64,000 bases of DNA from Gaiellaceae bacterium (GTDB lineage: Bacteria > Actinomycetota > Thermoleophilia > Gaiellales > Gaiellaceae): contig JBJMKB010000087.1 in assembly GCA_045806045.1 (NCBI GenBank), forward strand, positions 12,277 through 76,276, read 5' to 3'. The translations under genes were made by a program, and so were the position numbers. Shown here in pieces: positions 17,776-26,581 of the stretch (within the stretch, counting starts at the first letter, position 1; each line of letters begins with the position of its first letter). The notes under the pieces are model-generated. The model had not been told where the DNA came from. It ran no database searches and saw only the letters and a program-made list of their open reading frames with translations.

Positions 17776-17798
17776 CGCGCTGTCAGCGCAGCGCGCCG

Positions 17799-18578
17799 TC
17801 AGCGCTTCGCGCTGACCTGCTGCCGTAGCTCGGCGTCGACCGTCACGCCAAGCAGGAACGCGATCGCCGAGACGTGCAGGTAGACCAGTAGCAGCACGAT
17901 CCCGGCGAAGGGCCCGTAGAAGCTCGCGTAGGAGATCGCACTGATGTACGCGCCGAAGCCGAGCGTTCCGCCGATCCAGCAGACCGTCGCGAGGGTCGAC
18001 CCGATGCTGATCCACCGGACCGGCCGCTTCTTCGCCGGCACGATTCGGATGAGGGTCGCGTTCGCGAGCATGAGCAGCGCGAGCGCGACGAGCCACCGCC
18101 CGATGAAGAGCCCGACCTGGAGTACGGCGTTGTGCGGATGCACCAGCCGACCGCCGAGCACCACAATGATCGCCGCGAGGACGCACACCGTGACAATCGC
18201 GCCACCGCCGAGGGACACGAGTAGGCGGCGTCCCCACGAACGCGTCTCGCGTGCGCCGTAGACCTTGTTCAGCGGAGTCATCATCGCCCGTAGCGCGGCT
18301 GCGACCCCATAGAGCGTGATGGCGACGCCGATCGTCGCCCATGCCACGCGCCCGCCGCCCATCGCGTGCCGCGCTGTCCGGTCGGCGATCGTGAAGGCCT
18401 GTGGAGACAGGCGTCGGCGGAGCGCCGGCGCGATCTCATCCCTCCACAGAGATTGCTCGCCGACAAGGCCGATCCCCGCGAGCCCGAGCATGACGAGCGG
18501 CACAACGGCGTAGAGGACCTGGAAAGCGATCGCGCTCGAGTAGGTCAGCAGGTCGTACCGCGTGAAGTCGCGCAGCAC
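17799..18578 (-). CDS. YihY/BrkB family membrane protein
   Basis: LLTYSSAIAFQVLYAVVPL N-terminal signature and about 6 TM helices. Confidence 0.8.
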   Translation of the reverse strand: MLRDFTRYDLLTYSSAIAFQVLYAVVPLVMLGLAGIGLVGEQSLWRDEIAPALRRRLSPQAFTIADRTARHAMGGGRVAWATIGVAITLYGVAAALRAMMTPLNKVYGARETRSWGRRLLVSLGGGAIVTVCVLAAIIVVLGGRLVHPHNAVLQVGLFIGRWLVALALLMLANATLIRIVPAKKRPVRWISIGSTLATVCWIGGTLGFGAYISAISYASFYGPFAGIVLLLVYLHVSAIAFLLGVTVDAELRQQVSAKR

Positions 18579-18616
18579 GTCGCGCGCGACGCGCCGTGCC
18601 CGCTCTTGCGTGCCGG

Positions 18617-18844
18617 TCAGCGGTCCTGCTCGCGCCGCCCGTCGGGCGACTGGGTGGCGGGAGGCGCGCCGCCCGGGCCGCTCATCGCAACACCCTCCGC
18701 CTCGACGATGTCGGTCGGCGCCGCCTTGCGGTATTTCTCGTCCTGCAGCCCACCGCGCGGGTCACCCTCGCGCTCGAGCGCGCCCGGCTCGCCCTCCTGC
18801 TTGTTCGCGCGATGCTTCTCCTTGCGCTTCCAGCGTCCGAACAT
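18617..18844 (-). CDS. hypothetical small charged protein (75 aa)
   Basis: High GC3, ATG start, directly upstream of yihY; low-complexity Lys/Glu/Gly-rich sequence. Confidence 0.35.
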   Translation of the reverse strand: MFGRWKRKEKHRANKQEGEPGALEREGDPRGGLQDEKYRKAAPTDIVEAEGVAMSGPGGAPPATQSPDGRREQDR

Positions 18845-18895
18845 GCGCAGGCGGGTACCCGCGGGAGCTCTTCGCTACACTGGCGCGCGTCACGG

Positions 18896-18968
18896 GGCCC
18901 ATTCGTCTAGTGGCCTAGGACACCGCCCTCTCACGGCGGCGGCACGGGTTCGAATCCCGTATGGGCCT
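18896..18968 (+). tRNA. tRNA-Glu (anticodon CUC)
   Basis: Cloverleaf read by eye: acceptor GGCCCAT/ATGGGCC, anticodon stem CCGCC/GGCGG with loop CTCTCAC, T-arm ACGGG-TTCGAAT-CCCGT; no encoded CCA; TACACT box at 18876-18881. Confidence 0.9.
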
Positions 18969-19049
18969 TCCTGGTGCGTCTGACTGGCGTCTCCTCCGGA
19001 GCGTGGGTCAGGCGCGGCACAGACGATGCGCTCGCCGAGACGCGGTCGG

Positions 19050-19352
19050 CTAATGGATCACGTCATGGAGCTCGTACGTGGCTTCGCGCTGCGGCGGCGT
19101 CGCGCTGGGATCGTTCGCCATCAGCTCTTGGACGATCGGTCCGAGCTGTTCTTCGTAGAACCGCTTGGCGTCGTCGCCGTTCTCCCAGATGTCGAAGATG
19201 CGAAAGACGCCGCTCTCGTGATCGAAGCCGGCGCTGTGCGCGATCAGGCCCTGGATCGGCGTCGTCCCGACCTTCTGGGCGACCGAGTCGTAGTTCTTGG
19301 TGGATGTGTCGCCGTCGACGATGGTGAATTCCTGGATGAACGCGACTGCCAT
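19050..19352 (-). CDS. hypothetical small protein (100 aa), possibly ABM-like alpha+beta barrel
   Basis: Strong SD (AAGGAGA, 5 nt spacer) before the ATG; balanced composition; family guess is weak. Confidence 0.6.
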   Translation of the reverse strand: MAVAFIQEFTIVDGDTSTKNYDSVAQKVGTTPIQGLIAHSAGFDHESGVFRIFDIWENGDDAKRFYEEQLGPIVQELMANDPSATPPQREATYELHDVIH

Positions 19353-19432
19353 GAATGTCTCCTTGGGTGGGGAGAAGCGACCCTACGCCTCAGATCACAC
19401 CCCCGGGCAAGGAGTAGCTCGGCGAGGCGAGG

Positions 19433-19750
19433 CTATGCGTCGACCCGGTGGCCCGATCCGCGGTCGATCGGCTCGAGCAGCGACCGAAGCAGCCAGCCGA
19501 TCGCGAGGAAGATCGAGAAGAAGACCGGCAACACGCAGGCGAACAACGCCACGTAGATCCCGTACGGGAGCCTCGCCGCCGCCGAGACACCAGCCGATGC
19601 AACGTTGCCGACGAGGAGCGCGACCAGCAGAACGACGAGAGCCGAGCGGACACGTTCCGGACCGAGCCGCGGCCACCGGGCGATCACCCAGGACGCCAGG
19701 CCTGCCGCCGAGGCCAGCTCGATGTAGAGCAATGTCGAGAGCGAGATCAA
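19433..19750 (-). CDS. small membrane protein (105 aa)
   Basis: Three hydrophobic helices; TTG start; no family recognised. Confidence 0.5.
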   Translation of the reverse strand: MISLSTLLYIELASAAGLASWVIARWPRLGPERVRSALVVLLVALLVGNVASAGVSAAARLPYGIYVALFACVLPVFFSIFLAIGWLLRSLLEPIDRGSGHRVDA

Positions 19751-19829
19751 CTCAGCACTGAAACGGCAATGTCCGCACGCAGGGATACGGGCAGCGACGC
19801 CGCGGTGACCGCGTACTAGGATCGTGCAC

Positions 19830-20024
19830 GTGCCGACCTACCGCGTCATCGACACCGCCGGCTCCGAGCTGGGGATCGTCGAAGACCCGCGCGACGTGAT
19901 CCGGGAGGGCGAAGAGGTCGCGCTGCCGGAGGGTGGAACGGCCGAGGTTCTCGAGGTCTACGACGACGAGGAGCACGGCCGCGAAGGCGGCGTCAACGCG
20001 ACGCTCGTCGCCGACACGATCTAA
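19830..20024 (+). CDS. hypothetical small acidic protein (64 aa)
   Basis: ORF opens at GTG 19824. The second GTG (19830) lies 7 nt after TAGGAT (19817-19822) and is preferred. Confidence 0.45.
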   Translation: MPTYRVIDTAGSELGIVEDPRDVIREGEEVALPEGGTAEVLEVYDDEEHGREGGVNATLVADTI

Positions 20025-20069
20025 GACATCGCACAGCCGGAGGGAGGGCACCGCTTTCCCGGCGCAACA

Positions 20070-20816
20070 TCATCGCCGCGCATTCAGCGCCTCTTCGGCC
20101 TCCGCCAGCTCCGTCGCGGCGCGATCGGCGTCGGCGCGCTTCTGCTCGGCCTCCTCTCGGAGGATCTCCGCAGCCTGCGTGGCATCCACGGCCGCACGCT
20201 CCGCGTCCTGCGCCTCCGCTGTCAGCCGTCGCGCCTCCGTGCGCAGGGCCGTCACCCGCTCGCGGGCTGCGCGCGCGACCTCGTCGCCGCGTCGTCTCGA
20301 TGGCTTGACGGCTTCGAGCGGGCCGAAACCGACCGCCTTCAACTCCTCCGTCAGCCGCCCGCGTTCGAGAAGCGCACGCCCGTGGTCGTCAACCGCCGCC
20401 GCGCGGAGTGTCTGTGACAACCGGTCGAGGACCGCGGGGCTCGCCTTCGCCCCGAGCCGCTTGCGGGCGAGCGCGAGCAGCCCGCGGATGGCGTCGCGTT
20501 CCGCGTTTGCCGCGTCGGTGACCTCGTCCGCCCTGGCCTTTCCTGCGAGTGCTCGCTGCTGCGTCTCGCGCAGCCGCTCGCCGGCTTCGAGCAGCGCGGC
20601 GACGTGCTGCGGATCCTCGCGAGCGAGCCGGTTCGCGGCCCACGCGACGGCAGTCGGCTTCTTCAGCCCGCGCACCTCGGCAGCCGCCTCGGCCTGATGC
20701 GCCTTGCGAAGGCGGGCGGCGAGCTCGTTGCGGGCCTTCGTGAAGGCCTCGAGCGGCAGGTCGTAGAGCGCATCGAGCTCGGCGTCGAGATCGGGGACTG
20801 CGGCGAGGGGTGGCAT
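20070..20816 (-). CDS. hypothetical coiled-coil protein (248 aa)
   Basis: ATG 20814-20816 (MPPLAAVPDLDAELDALYDLPLEAF...). Upstream part of ORF 20070..21359 is shadow. The start shares 1 nt with the stop of the preceding gene. Confidence 0.65.
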   Translation of the reverse strand: MPPLAAVPDLDAELDALYDLPLEAFTKARNELAARLRKAHQAEAAAEVRGLKKPTAVAWAANRLAREDPQHVAALLEAGERLRETQQRALAGKARADEVTDAANAERDAIRGLLALARKRLGAKASPAVLDRLSQTLRAAAVDDHGRALLERGRLTEELKAVGFGPLEAVKPSRRRGDEVARAARERVTALRTEARRLTAEAQDAERAAVDATQAAEILREEAEQKRADADRAATELAEAEEALNARR

Positions 20817-21361
20817 CAGGAGCCCGCGGCCGCCGCGGCCTCCTCGGAGAGCCGCCGTGCCCGCGCCACCCGCTCGTCGTCGTGCGAGACGGCGAGATTC
20901 GCCTCCACCAGCACCGCCGAGGCCCGCGCGGCGCCGGCGGCGAGGAGCGCGGCGGAGCGCGCGTCCGGTTGCAGCTCCGGTGTCCCGCTCGCGGCGAGCG
21001 CCGAGGCGAGTGCCGCCACGTCCACGCATGCCTCCGCGATCCGAAGCGGCGCCTCGGCCGCGCGATCGAGCGCGCGGCCGAGCTTGAAGTCGTCGTCGCG
21101 GCGGTCGAGCTCGGCGAGCGCGGAAGTGAAGACCCGCGCATCCTCTTCGGCCAGCGAGGTCAGCCTGCGGCAGAGCGCGGCGGCCTGAGCCAATGATCCG
21201 CCATCGTCCGCGAAGCCTGCGACCTTCGCGCAGAGGGCTGCGGCGATCGCACCGACGAGCGCGGCCGCCGAACCACCGCCGGGTGCAGGCTCTCGTGCTG
21301 CGAGCGCGTCCAGGAGATCGTCGATTCGCGGGACGTCCACAGGCCCGGGATCGTCCCACAT
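20816..21361 (-). CDS. cyclodeaminase/cyclohydrolase family protein (FTCD C-domain-like)
   Basis: 181 aa from MWDDPGPVDV; PAPGGGSAAALVGAIAAALCAKV motif typical of formiminotetrahydrofolate cyclodeaminase / methenyl-THF cyclohydrolase domains. Confidence 0.7.
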   Translation of the reverse strand: MWDDPGPVDVPRIDDLLDALAAREPAPGGGSAAALVGAIAAALCAKVAGFADDGGSLAQAAALCRRLTSLAEEDARVFTSALAELDRRDDDFKLGRALDRAAEAPLRIAEACVDVAALASALAASGTPELQPDARSAALLAAGAARASAVLVEANLAVSHDDERVARARRLSEEAAAAAGS

Positions 21362-21395
21362 CCCGGGCCTGCGGCGAACGTCGGAGCAGACGCTG

Positions 21396-21659
21396 TCAGG
21401 TGGAGCGGAACCTGTCGCGCAGCTCGTCCAGGAGTGGCGGCGTCGGCTCGATGCCTTCCGCCGCCAGTGCCGATTCGAGGTCAGCGACGACACGCTCTCG
21501 GTAGGCGACGTCTGCCTCGGCCCGTGCGACGATGTCGCCGATTCCCCTCCGGGCCGCCGGCAGCTCCTGCGCTGCCCCAACCCACCCGTCAGGGGCGGGG
21601 GGAAGGGCGGCAATCAGCCTGCCGAGCGTGTCGTGGTCATATGCGCTCATTCGAATCAC
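21396..21659 (-). CDS. hypothetical protein (87 aa) coupled to the ECF sigma gene
   Basis: 4-nt overlap with the upstream sigma gene; high GC3; no zinc-finger anti-sigma motif and no TM helix. Confidence 0.5.
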   Translation of the reverse strand: MIRMSAYDHDTLGRLIAALPPAPDGWVGAAQELPAARRGIGDIVARAEADVAYRERVVADLESALAAEGIEPTPPLLDELRDRFRST

Positions 21660-22213
21660 CTAGCCTCAGGACGGGTCGTGGACTCGCTTTCTTCCAACTG
21701 GGCCTTCAACTTGTCGAGACAGCGCGAGATCCGGCTTGCGATCGTCCCCGGAGGGAGGTCGAGGGCCTCGCCGATCGTGCGATAGCTCTCGTCACGGGAG
21801 AAGAAGCGGTCGAGGATCTCGCGGCAGTTGTCCGGCAGCGCCGCCATCGCCTCGTGGACAGCCAGCGCCTCGTCGAGCATCGACAGCGTCTCGTCCGTCT
21901 CGGTCGGCTCGAGCTCCTCGACGGGGGACTCACGCGCGCCGTCGCGCAGCCGGTCGATGCAGGTGCGTCGCGTCAGCTGCGCCAGCCACGGCCGGAACGC
22001 ATCGTCGTCGCGGAGCCGGTCGAGATGGGTGTAGACACGCGTGAAGACGTCCTGGAAAACGTCCTCCGCGTCGTGCTCGCTGAGCCGGAAGCCCTGGGAG
22101 CAGATGGCGTATACGTACCGCGAGAACCGCTCGACGAGCTCGTTCCACGCAGCAGCATCGCCCGCGCGGCAGCGCGCGACCAGCTCCCGATCCGTGGGTA
22201 TCACGGCGCCCAT
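21656..22213 (-). CDS. ECF-type RNA polymerase sigma factor
   Basis: 185 aa; region 2 (DAEDVFQDVFTRVYTHL ... WLAQLTRRTCIDRLR) and region 4 HTH (YRTIGEALDLPPGTIASRISRCLDKLK). Confidence 0.85.
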   Translation of the reverse strand: MGAVIPTDRELVARCRAGDAAAWNELVERFSRYVYAICSQGFRLSEHDAEDVFQDVFTRVYTHLDRLRDDDAFRPWLAQLTRRTCIDRLRDGARESPVEELEPTETDETLSMLDEALAVHEAMAALPDNCREILDRFFSRDESYRTIGEALDLPPGTIASRISRCLDKLKAQLEESESTTRPEAR

Positions 22214-22221
22214 CCCGCTCG

Positions 22222-22227
22222 AGCATA
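22222..22227 (-). promoter_or_regulatory. -10-like TATGCT, 8 nt upstream of the ECF sigma ATG and fused to the preceding terminator T-tract
   Basis: Minus strand reads ...CCCCGTTTTTTATGCTCGAGCGGGATG. Confidence 0.35.
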
Positions 22228-22256
22228 AAAAACGGGGAGGGCGTGTGCCCTCCCCG
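22227..22256 (-). terminator. rho-independent terminator of the substrate-binding-protein gene
   Basis: Minus strand: CGGGGAGGGC-ACAC-GCCCTCCCCG (10-bp GC stem, 11 with the flanking A-T pair) followed by TTTTTT. Confidence 0.8.
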
Positions 22257-22288
22257 TCGCTTGCTGGTCTCTGTTCGTGGGGTCCCGG

Positions 22289-23587
22289 CTACGCCGACTT
22301 GACGAGCGAGTTCGGCGGCACGATGACCCTCAGAGTCGTCGACTTGCCACCCTTGATACGGTAGATCGTGACCGGGTTCGCGGTCACGTCCCCGTTGGCG
22401 TTGAACGACAGGTTGCCGAGGATCGAGTTCTTCAGATGGATCCTGAAGAGCTGCTTCGCGACGTCGGCTCGCGTGCCGTTCGACTGTGCGATCGCACCGA
22501 CGAACGCCTCCGCAGCTTGTGCCGCGTAGACCGAGTAGGGGTCCGGCGGCTTGTGGTCGGCCTTCGTGAAGCTCTTCACGAACGAAGCGCCGCCACCCTT
22601 GAGTGCCGTGTTCGGCAGGCCGGCAACCGAGACGTAGACACCTTCGGCTGCGCCCCCCGCCTGCTGGACGACGGCCGAGATGGGTGTGAACCCGTCGGGT
22701 GTCAGGATCTTGGTCCCGGCAGGAGTGCCCGCCGAGATGTCCTTGATCAGCTTGCCGCCGTTCTCGCAGATCAGACCGCCGAGGAACACGCCTTGTGCTC
22801 CTGACGCCTTGATCTTCACGGCGAGCGCCTCGTACGAGGACGCCTTCGCGTCGAATGCGGTGAAGCCGACGACCTTGATGCCGAGCTTCTTGGCCGCATT
22901 CTTCATGTTGGTCGCGACGCCGAGGCCGTAGGCCTCCTTGTCGTTCAGGAGGAACAGCTTCTTGATCCCGAGCGACTTCGCCAGGATTGCGTCAGCCGCG
23001 CCCTGGTAGTCGTCGGCCGCGACGACGCGCGCGTAGTTGCGCTTGCCGGTCGGGTAGTACTTGCCCGGTTCACCGGGAGCCGTGCCCGGGCCGCCATGGG
23101 TCAGGCCCACGTAGGTGTTCGCCGGGCTGATCATTCCGATCGGGCCGTTCGGAGCGCGGTTGAGGATCGGAATCTCGATCTCGGCCGCCCCGGAGTTGAA
23201 CGTCCCGATCACGCCTGCCACGCTCGAGTTCTGCGCGTAGGCGTTCGCGTTCGCCGACACCTTGCCGGAGTCCCACTTGCCCGCCTGCGCGGTCGAGTCG
23301 TCGCAGCTCTGGTAGGCGAGGGTGTACTTGCCCGCCTTCCAGCCGTGCTGCGCGAAGATGAACTTGATCGCGCGGGTCATCTGCTGGGTCTGCGTGCGCC
23401 CCGAGCCCTGCAGCGGCAGGTCGGAAGCGATGAGCAGGTTGCCGCTGGGGTTCTGGATCGCCGAGCACGACGATGCCGGCAGCGGTGTTGCGCCGCTTCG
23501 GGCAATCGCCCCGCTCACCGTCGCCACCAGGGCAACAACGGCGACCAGCGCGGACACTCCTGCTCCCGCGTAGATGCGCTTCTTCAC
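22289..23587 (-). CDS. LivJ-like (type I periplasmic) substrate-binding protein, orphan
   Basis: Signal peptide VKKRIYAGAGVSALVAVVALVATVSG; branched-chain amino acid binding protein-like sequence; GTG 23585-23587 with AGGAGG 5 nt upstream. No ABC permease or ATPase adjacent. Confidence 0.8.
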   Translation of the reverse strand: MKKRIYAGAGVSALVAVVALVATVSGAIARSGATPLPASSCSAIQNPSGNLLIASDLPLQGSGRTQTQQMTRAIKFIFAQHGWKAGKYTLAYQSCDDSTAQAGKWDSGKVSANANAYAQNSSVAGVIGTFNSGAAEIEIPILNRAPNGPIGMISPANTYVGLTHGGPGTAPGEPGKYYPTGKRNYARVVAADDYQGAADAILAKSLGIKKLFLLNDKEAYGLGVATNMKNAAKKLGIKVVGFTAFDAKASSYEALAVKIKASGAQGVFLGGLICENGGKLIKDISAGTPAGTKILTPDGFTPISAVVQQAGGAAEGVYVSVAGLPNTALKGGGASFVKSFTKADHKPPDPYSVYAAQAAEAFVGAIAQSNGTRADVAKQLFRIHLKNSILGNLSFNANGDVTANPVTIYRIKGGKSTTLRVIVPPNSLVKSA

Positions 23588-23715
23588 TCGTCCTCCTGTC
23601 TGGGGGGTCAGGGGAATTGCCGGGAGAGCATAAGAGAGCGCGGCGATGCGCGCCAACCGGACCGCACGCCGTAGCAGGCTAAAGGGAGGGTCGGGATGGT
23701 GCCGAAAGGCACTAC

Positions 23716-25458
23716 GTGTCGACCCCGACTCTCAGCGAACGCCTTCCGGCCGTCACGGGTCGCCTGCGCGGCACCTCCGCGGGCTGGACGTTCCTCGGTG
23801 CGGGCCTCCTCGCGATCGGTTTGTACTTCGTGCTGCCGCCGGATGCGCAGTCCGTGTTCTACGTCGCGATCGGGTTCGCGTCGGTCGTCGCCGTCTACGT
23901 CGGCGCGACGCGCAACGTGCCGCGCGGCGAGCGGCTCGCGTGGCGTCTCTTCGCAGTCGGCCTGCTCGGTCAGGTCGCGGGCGCGATCTACGCACTCTCC
24001 GAGATCCACCTGCACCGCGAGCCGCCGACGCCCTCGGTCGCCGACGCGTTCTATCTCGGCGGCTATCCGCTTCTGGCGGCAGGGATCCTGATCAGCCTGC
24101 GCCGGCTCGGCGGACGGACGAGCCGCACGGCGATGCTCGACACCTTCGTCGTCTTCTCGGGCGTGGCGCTCGTCCAGTGGGTTTTCTTCATCGACCCGTA
24201 CAACCACATGCACTTCGCGACGGAGTTCGGGCGCCTTGTCCGGATGGCGTACCCGTCGATGGACGTGCTGCTCCTCGTGGCGGTCGGACAGTTGCTCGTC
24301 GTCGCGGGAGGACGCAATCGTGCGTACCGCCTCGTGCTGATCAGCGTTGGTCTCTGGATCGTCGCGGACGAGATCTTCGCGCTCGACATGAACCGCTACG
24401 CGGGTGGCGCCTGGATCGACGCGTTGCGGCTCGGCTCGTACGTCGCGTGGGGCGCCGCGGCACTCGACCCGGTCCTCGCGCGCGTCGGTCAGCCCGAGCG
24501 CCGCCGTCTCCCGCGCCTGACGCACACGCGCCTCTTCCTGCTCGCGGCAGCGTCGCTCACCGCGCCGCTCACGTTGCTCGTGGAGCGCGCGGCGCACCAT
24601 CGCGAGCACGAGTACGTGATCGCGCTCGGCGGCGCCGTCCTCGCGGCGACCGTCCTCGTCCGTCTCGCCGGACTCGTCCGCGCCGTCGAGCGGTCGGGAC
24701 GCGCGGAGCGGTTCGCCCGGCGCGAAGCGGAGCAGGCTCAACAACTGCTCGCCTACCAGAACCAGCAGCTCGTCGAGCTCGACCATCTGAAGGACGAGTT
24801 CGTCTCGAGCATCTCCCACGAGCTGCGCACGCCGCTCACCTCCATCTCCGGCTACGTCGAGCTCCTGCTCGAGACGGAGGCAAGTGAGGAGAAGCGCGGC
24901 CACCTCACGATCATCGACCGCAACGCCGACCGGCTGCTGGCGCTCGTGAGCGACCTGCTGTTCGCCGCGCGATTGCAGTACGGCCGGCTCGAGCTCGAGC
25001 GGACGCCGGTCGACCTGCGCCGGCTCGTCCTGCAGGCGGTGGACGCGGCGCGGCCGCGCGCGGCAGCGGCGTCGGTCGAGTTGCGGGTCGATTCCGGTGA
25101 GGTGCCGCCGTTCGAAGGCGAGTCCGCCCGGCTCGCGCAGCTGCTCGACAACCTCGTCTCGAACGCGATCAAGTTCACGCCGAGCGGCGGTCGCGTATCC
25201 GTGACCCTGCGCGAGGCCGGGGCGGCGATCCGGCTCGAGGTCTCCGACACCGGCATCGGGATCGACGACGTCGAGGAGGAGCGCCTGTTCGAACGCTTCT
25301 TCCGCTCGCAGTCGGCGCTCGAGGCGCAGATCCAGGGGACGGGCCTCGGTCTTTACATCTCGAAGGCGATCGTCGACGCGCATGGCGGACGGATCCGCGT
25401 CGAGAGCGTTCGGGGGACCGGTACGACGTTCGTCGTCGAGCTTCCGGTCGCGACGTGA
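23716..25458 (+). CDS. multi-pass membrane sensor histidine kinase
   Basis: H-box SHELRTPLTSISGY, N/G boxes (LVSNAIKFT, DTGIGI, GTGLGLYISK); about 8-9 TM helices N-terminal, no obvious periplasmic domain. Confidence 0.9.
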   Translation: MSTPTLSERLPAVTGRLRGTSAGWTFLGAGLLAIGLYFVLPPDAQSVFYVAIGFASVVAVYVGATRNVPRGERLAWRLFAVGLLGQVAGAIYALSEIHLHREPPTPSVADAFYLGGYPLLAAGILISLRRLGGRTSRTAMLDTFVVFSGVALVQWVFFIDPYNHMHFATEFGRLVRMAYPSMDVLLLVAVGQLLVVAGGRNRAYRLVLISVGLWIVADEIFALDMNRYAGGAWIDALRLGSYVAWGAAALDPVLARVGQPERRRLPRLTHTRLFLLAAASLTAPLTLLVERAAHHREHEYVIALGGAVLAATVLVRLAGLVRAVERSGRAERFARREAEQAQQLLAYQNQQLVELDHLKDEFVSSISHELRTPLTSISGYVELLLETEASEEKRGHLTIIDRNADRLLALVSDLLFAARLQYGRLELERTPVDLRRLVLQAVDAARPRAAAASVELRVDSGEVPPFEGESARLAQLLDNLVSNAIKFTPSGGRVSVTLREAGAAIRLEVSDTGIGIDDVEEERLFERFFRSQSALEAQIQGTGLGLYISKAIVDAHGGRIRVESVRGTGTTFVVELPVAT

Positions 25459-25826
25459 ACGAGCAGCTCGTGCTCTGCGCCGACGACGACGAGGACATCC
25501 TCTCGCTCGTCTCGATGCAGCTGCGGCGCGCCGGCTTCGACGTGGCGACCGCGGTCGACGGCGACGAGGCGGTGCGGATCGCACAGGAGCGGCGGCCGGC
25601 GATCGCCGTGCTCGACGTGATGATGCCGAAGCTGACCGGCTACGAGGTGCTCGCCGCCCTCCGGTCGAACGGCTACCTCGTCGAGATGAAGGTGATCCTC
25701 CTCTCGGCACGCGCTGACGAGTCCGACGTGTCGAGCGGCATGGACGCGGGCGCGGACGCATACCTCCCGAAGCCGTTCAAGGCGCGAGAGCTCGTGACGA
25801 AGGTGCGGGAGCTGCTGGGTAATTAG
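25455..25826 (+). CDS. CheY-like stand-alone receiver protein
   Basis: 123 aa; ADDDED, AVLDVMMP, KPF; 4-nt overlap with the kinase gene. Confidence 0.85.
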   Translation: MNEQLVLCADDDEDILSLVSMQLRRAGFDVATAVDGDEAVRIAQERRPAIAVLDVMMPKLTGYEVLAALRSNGYLVEMKVILLSARADESDVSSGMDAGADAYLPKPFKARELVTKVRELLGN

Positions 25827-25830
25827 ACGC

Positions 25831-26523
25831 TTAGCGTGGCCGCGCGTAGCGGTAGCCGAAGCCGCGGACCGTTTCGATCGGCGCCGTCTCCGGCGCCTCC
25901 GGCATCAGCTTGCGGCGCAGGTAGCCGACATAGAGCTTCACCTGGTCGCCGGAGACGCCGTACGGGTCGCCCCAGACGATCTCGAGCAACTGGTCGCGCG
26001 AGAGGACCTGGTTCGGGTTCTGCACGAACGCTGCCAGTAGCTTGAACTCGAGCGGCGTCAACTGCACCTCGCGTCCGTCAATCGTTACGCGCCGCTGCGC
26101 GTAGTCGACCTGGACGAACTCGTCGGCGTATGCCTCCACGACCTCCGATCTGCCGCCGCTCCGGCGGAGGAGCGCTTGCACGCGCGCCAGTAGCTCTTGC
26201 CGGCCGAACGGCTTCGCGACATAGTCGTCGGCGCCCGCGCTCAGCCCCCGCACCTTCTCGAGCTCCTGGCTGCGGGCGGTCAGCATCAGGACAGGTACAT
26301 CCGACAGATCGCGAATCCGCTCGAGCGTCTGATAGCCGTCCATGTCCGGCATCGTCACGTCGAGGATCACGAGCGCCGGCGCCTTCGAGAAGAGGTGGCG
26401 CAGCGCTGCGCGGCCGGTTTCGGCCTCCTCGACGGCATACCCGGCGCGCTCGAGGAGCTCGCGAACGAGCAGACGGATGTCCTCGTCGTCGTCGACGACG
26501 AGCACGGAGGGACGCGCACTCAT
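25831..26523 (-). CDS. OmpR/PhoB-family response regulator
   Basis: 230 aa from ATG 26521-26523; receiver (VVDDDED, ILDVTMPDMDG, KPF) plus winged-helix output (LTPLEFKLL ... VRGFGYRY). Confidence 0.9.
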   Translation of the reverse strand: MSARPSVLVVDDDEDIRLLVRELLERAGYAVEEAETGRAALRHLFSKAPALVILDVTMPDMDGYQTLERIRDLSDVPVLMLTARSQELEKVRGLSAGADDYVAKPFGRQELLARVQALLRRSGGRSEVVEAYADEFVQVDYAQRRVTIDGREVQLTPLEFKLLAAFVQNPNQVLSRDQLLEIVWGDPYGVSGDQVKLYVGYLRRKLMPEAPETAPIETVRGFGYRYARPR

Positions 26524-26581
26524 ACGGCGTTCATACCACTCTGTCCGCGCAAACCCTGCGCCGATCGCCGAGTCTGCCGCT

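Noticed and set aside
18845-19050. tRNA-Glu (and tRNA-Gln at 28413-28483) as integration sites of a genomic island or prophage
   Set aside because: No integrase, excisionase or transposase, and I noticed no direct repeat of the tRNA 3' end. Flanking genes are ordinary small hypotheticals or housekeeping genes with the same composition.
23608-25761. 717-aa minus-strand ORF and similar long Arg-rich ORFs (e.g. 328..2232 +, 4013..5827 -, 38457..39698 -, 51794..54508 +, 61436..62983 -, 42317..44758 N-terminus)
   Set aside because: Extreme Arg/Ala/Pro/Gly composition and no recognisable motifs. Each lies antisense to, or out of frame with, a gene that has clear family signatures. These are typical high-GC shadow ORFs.
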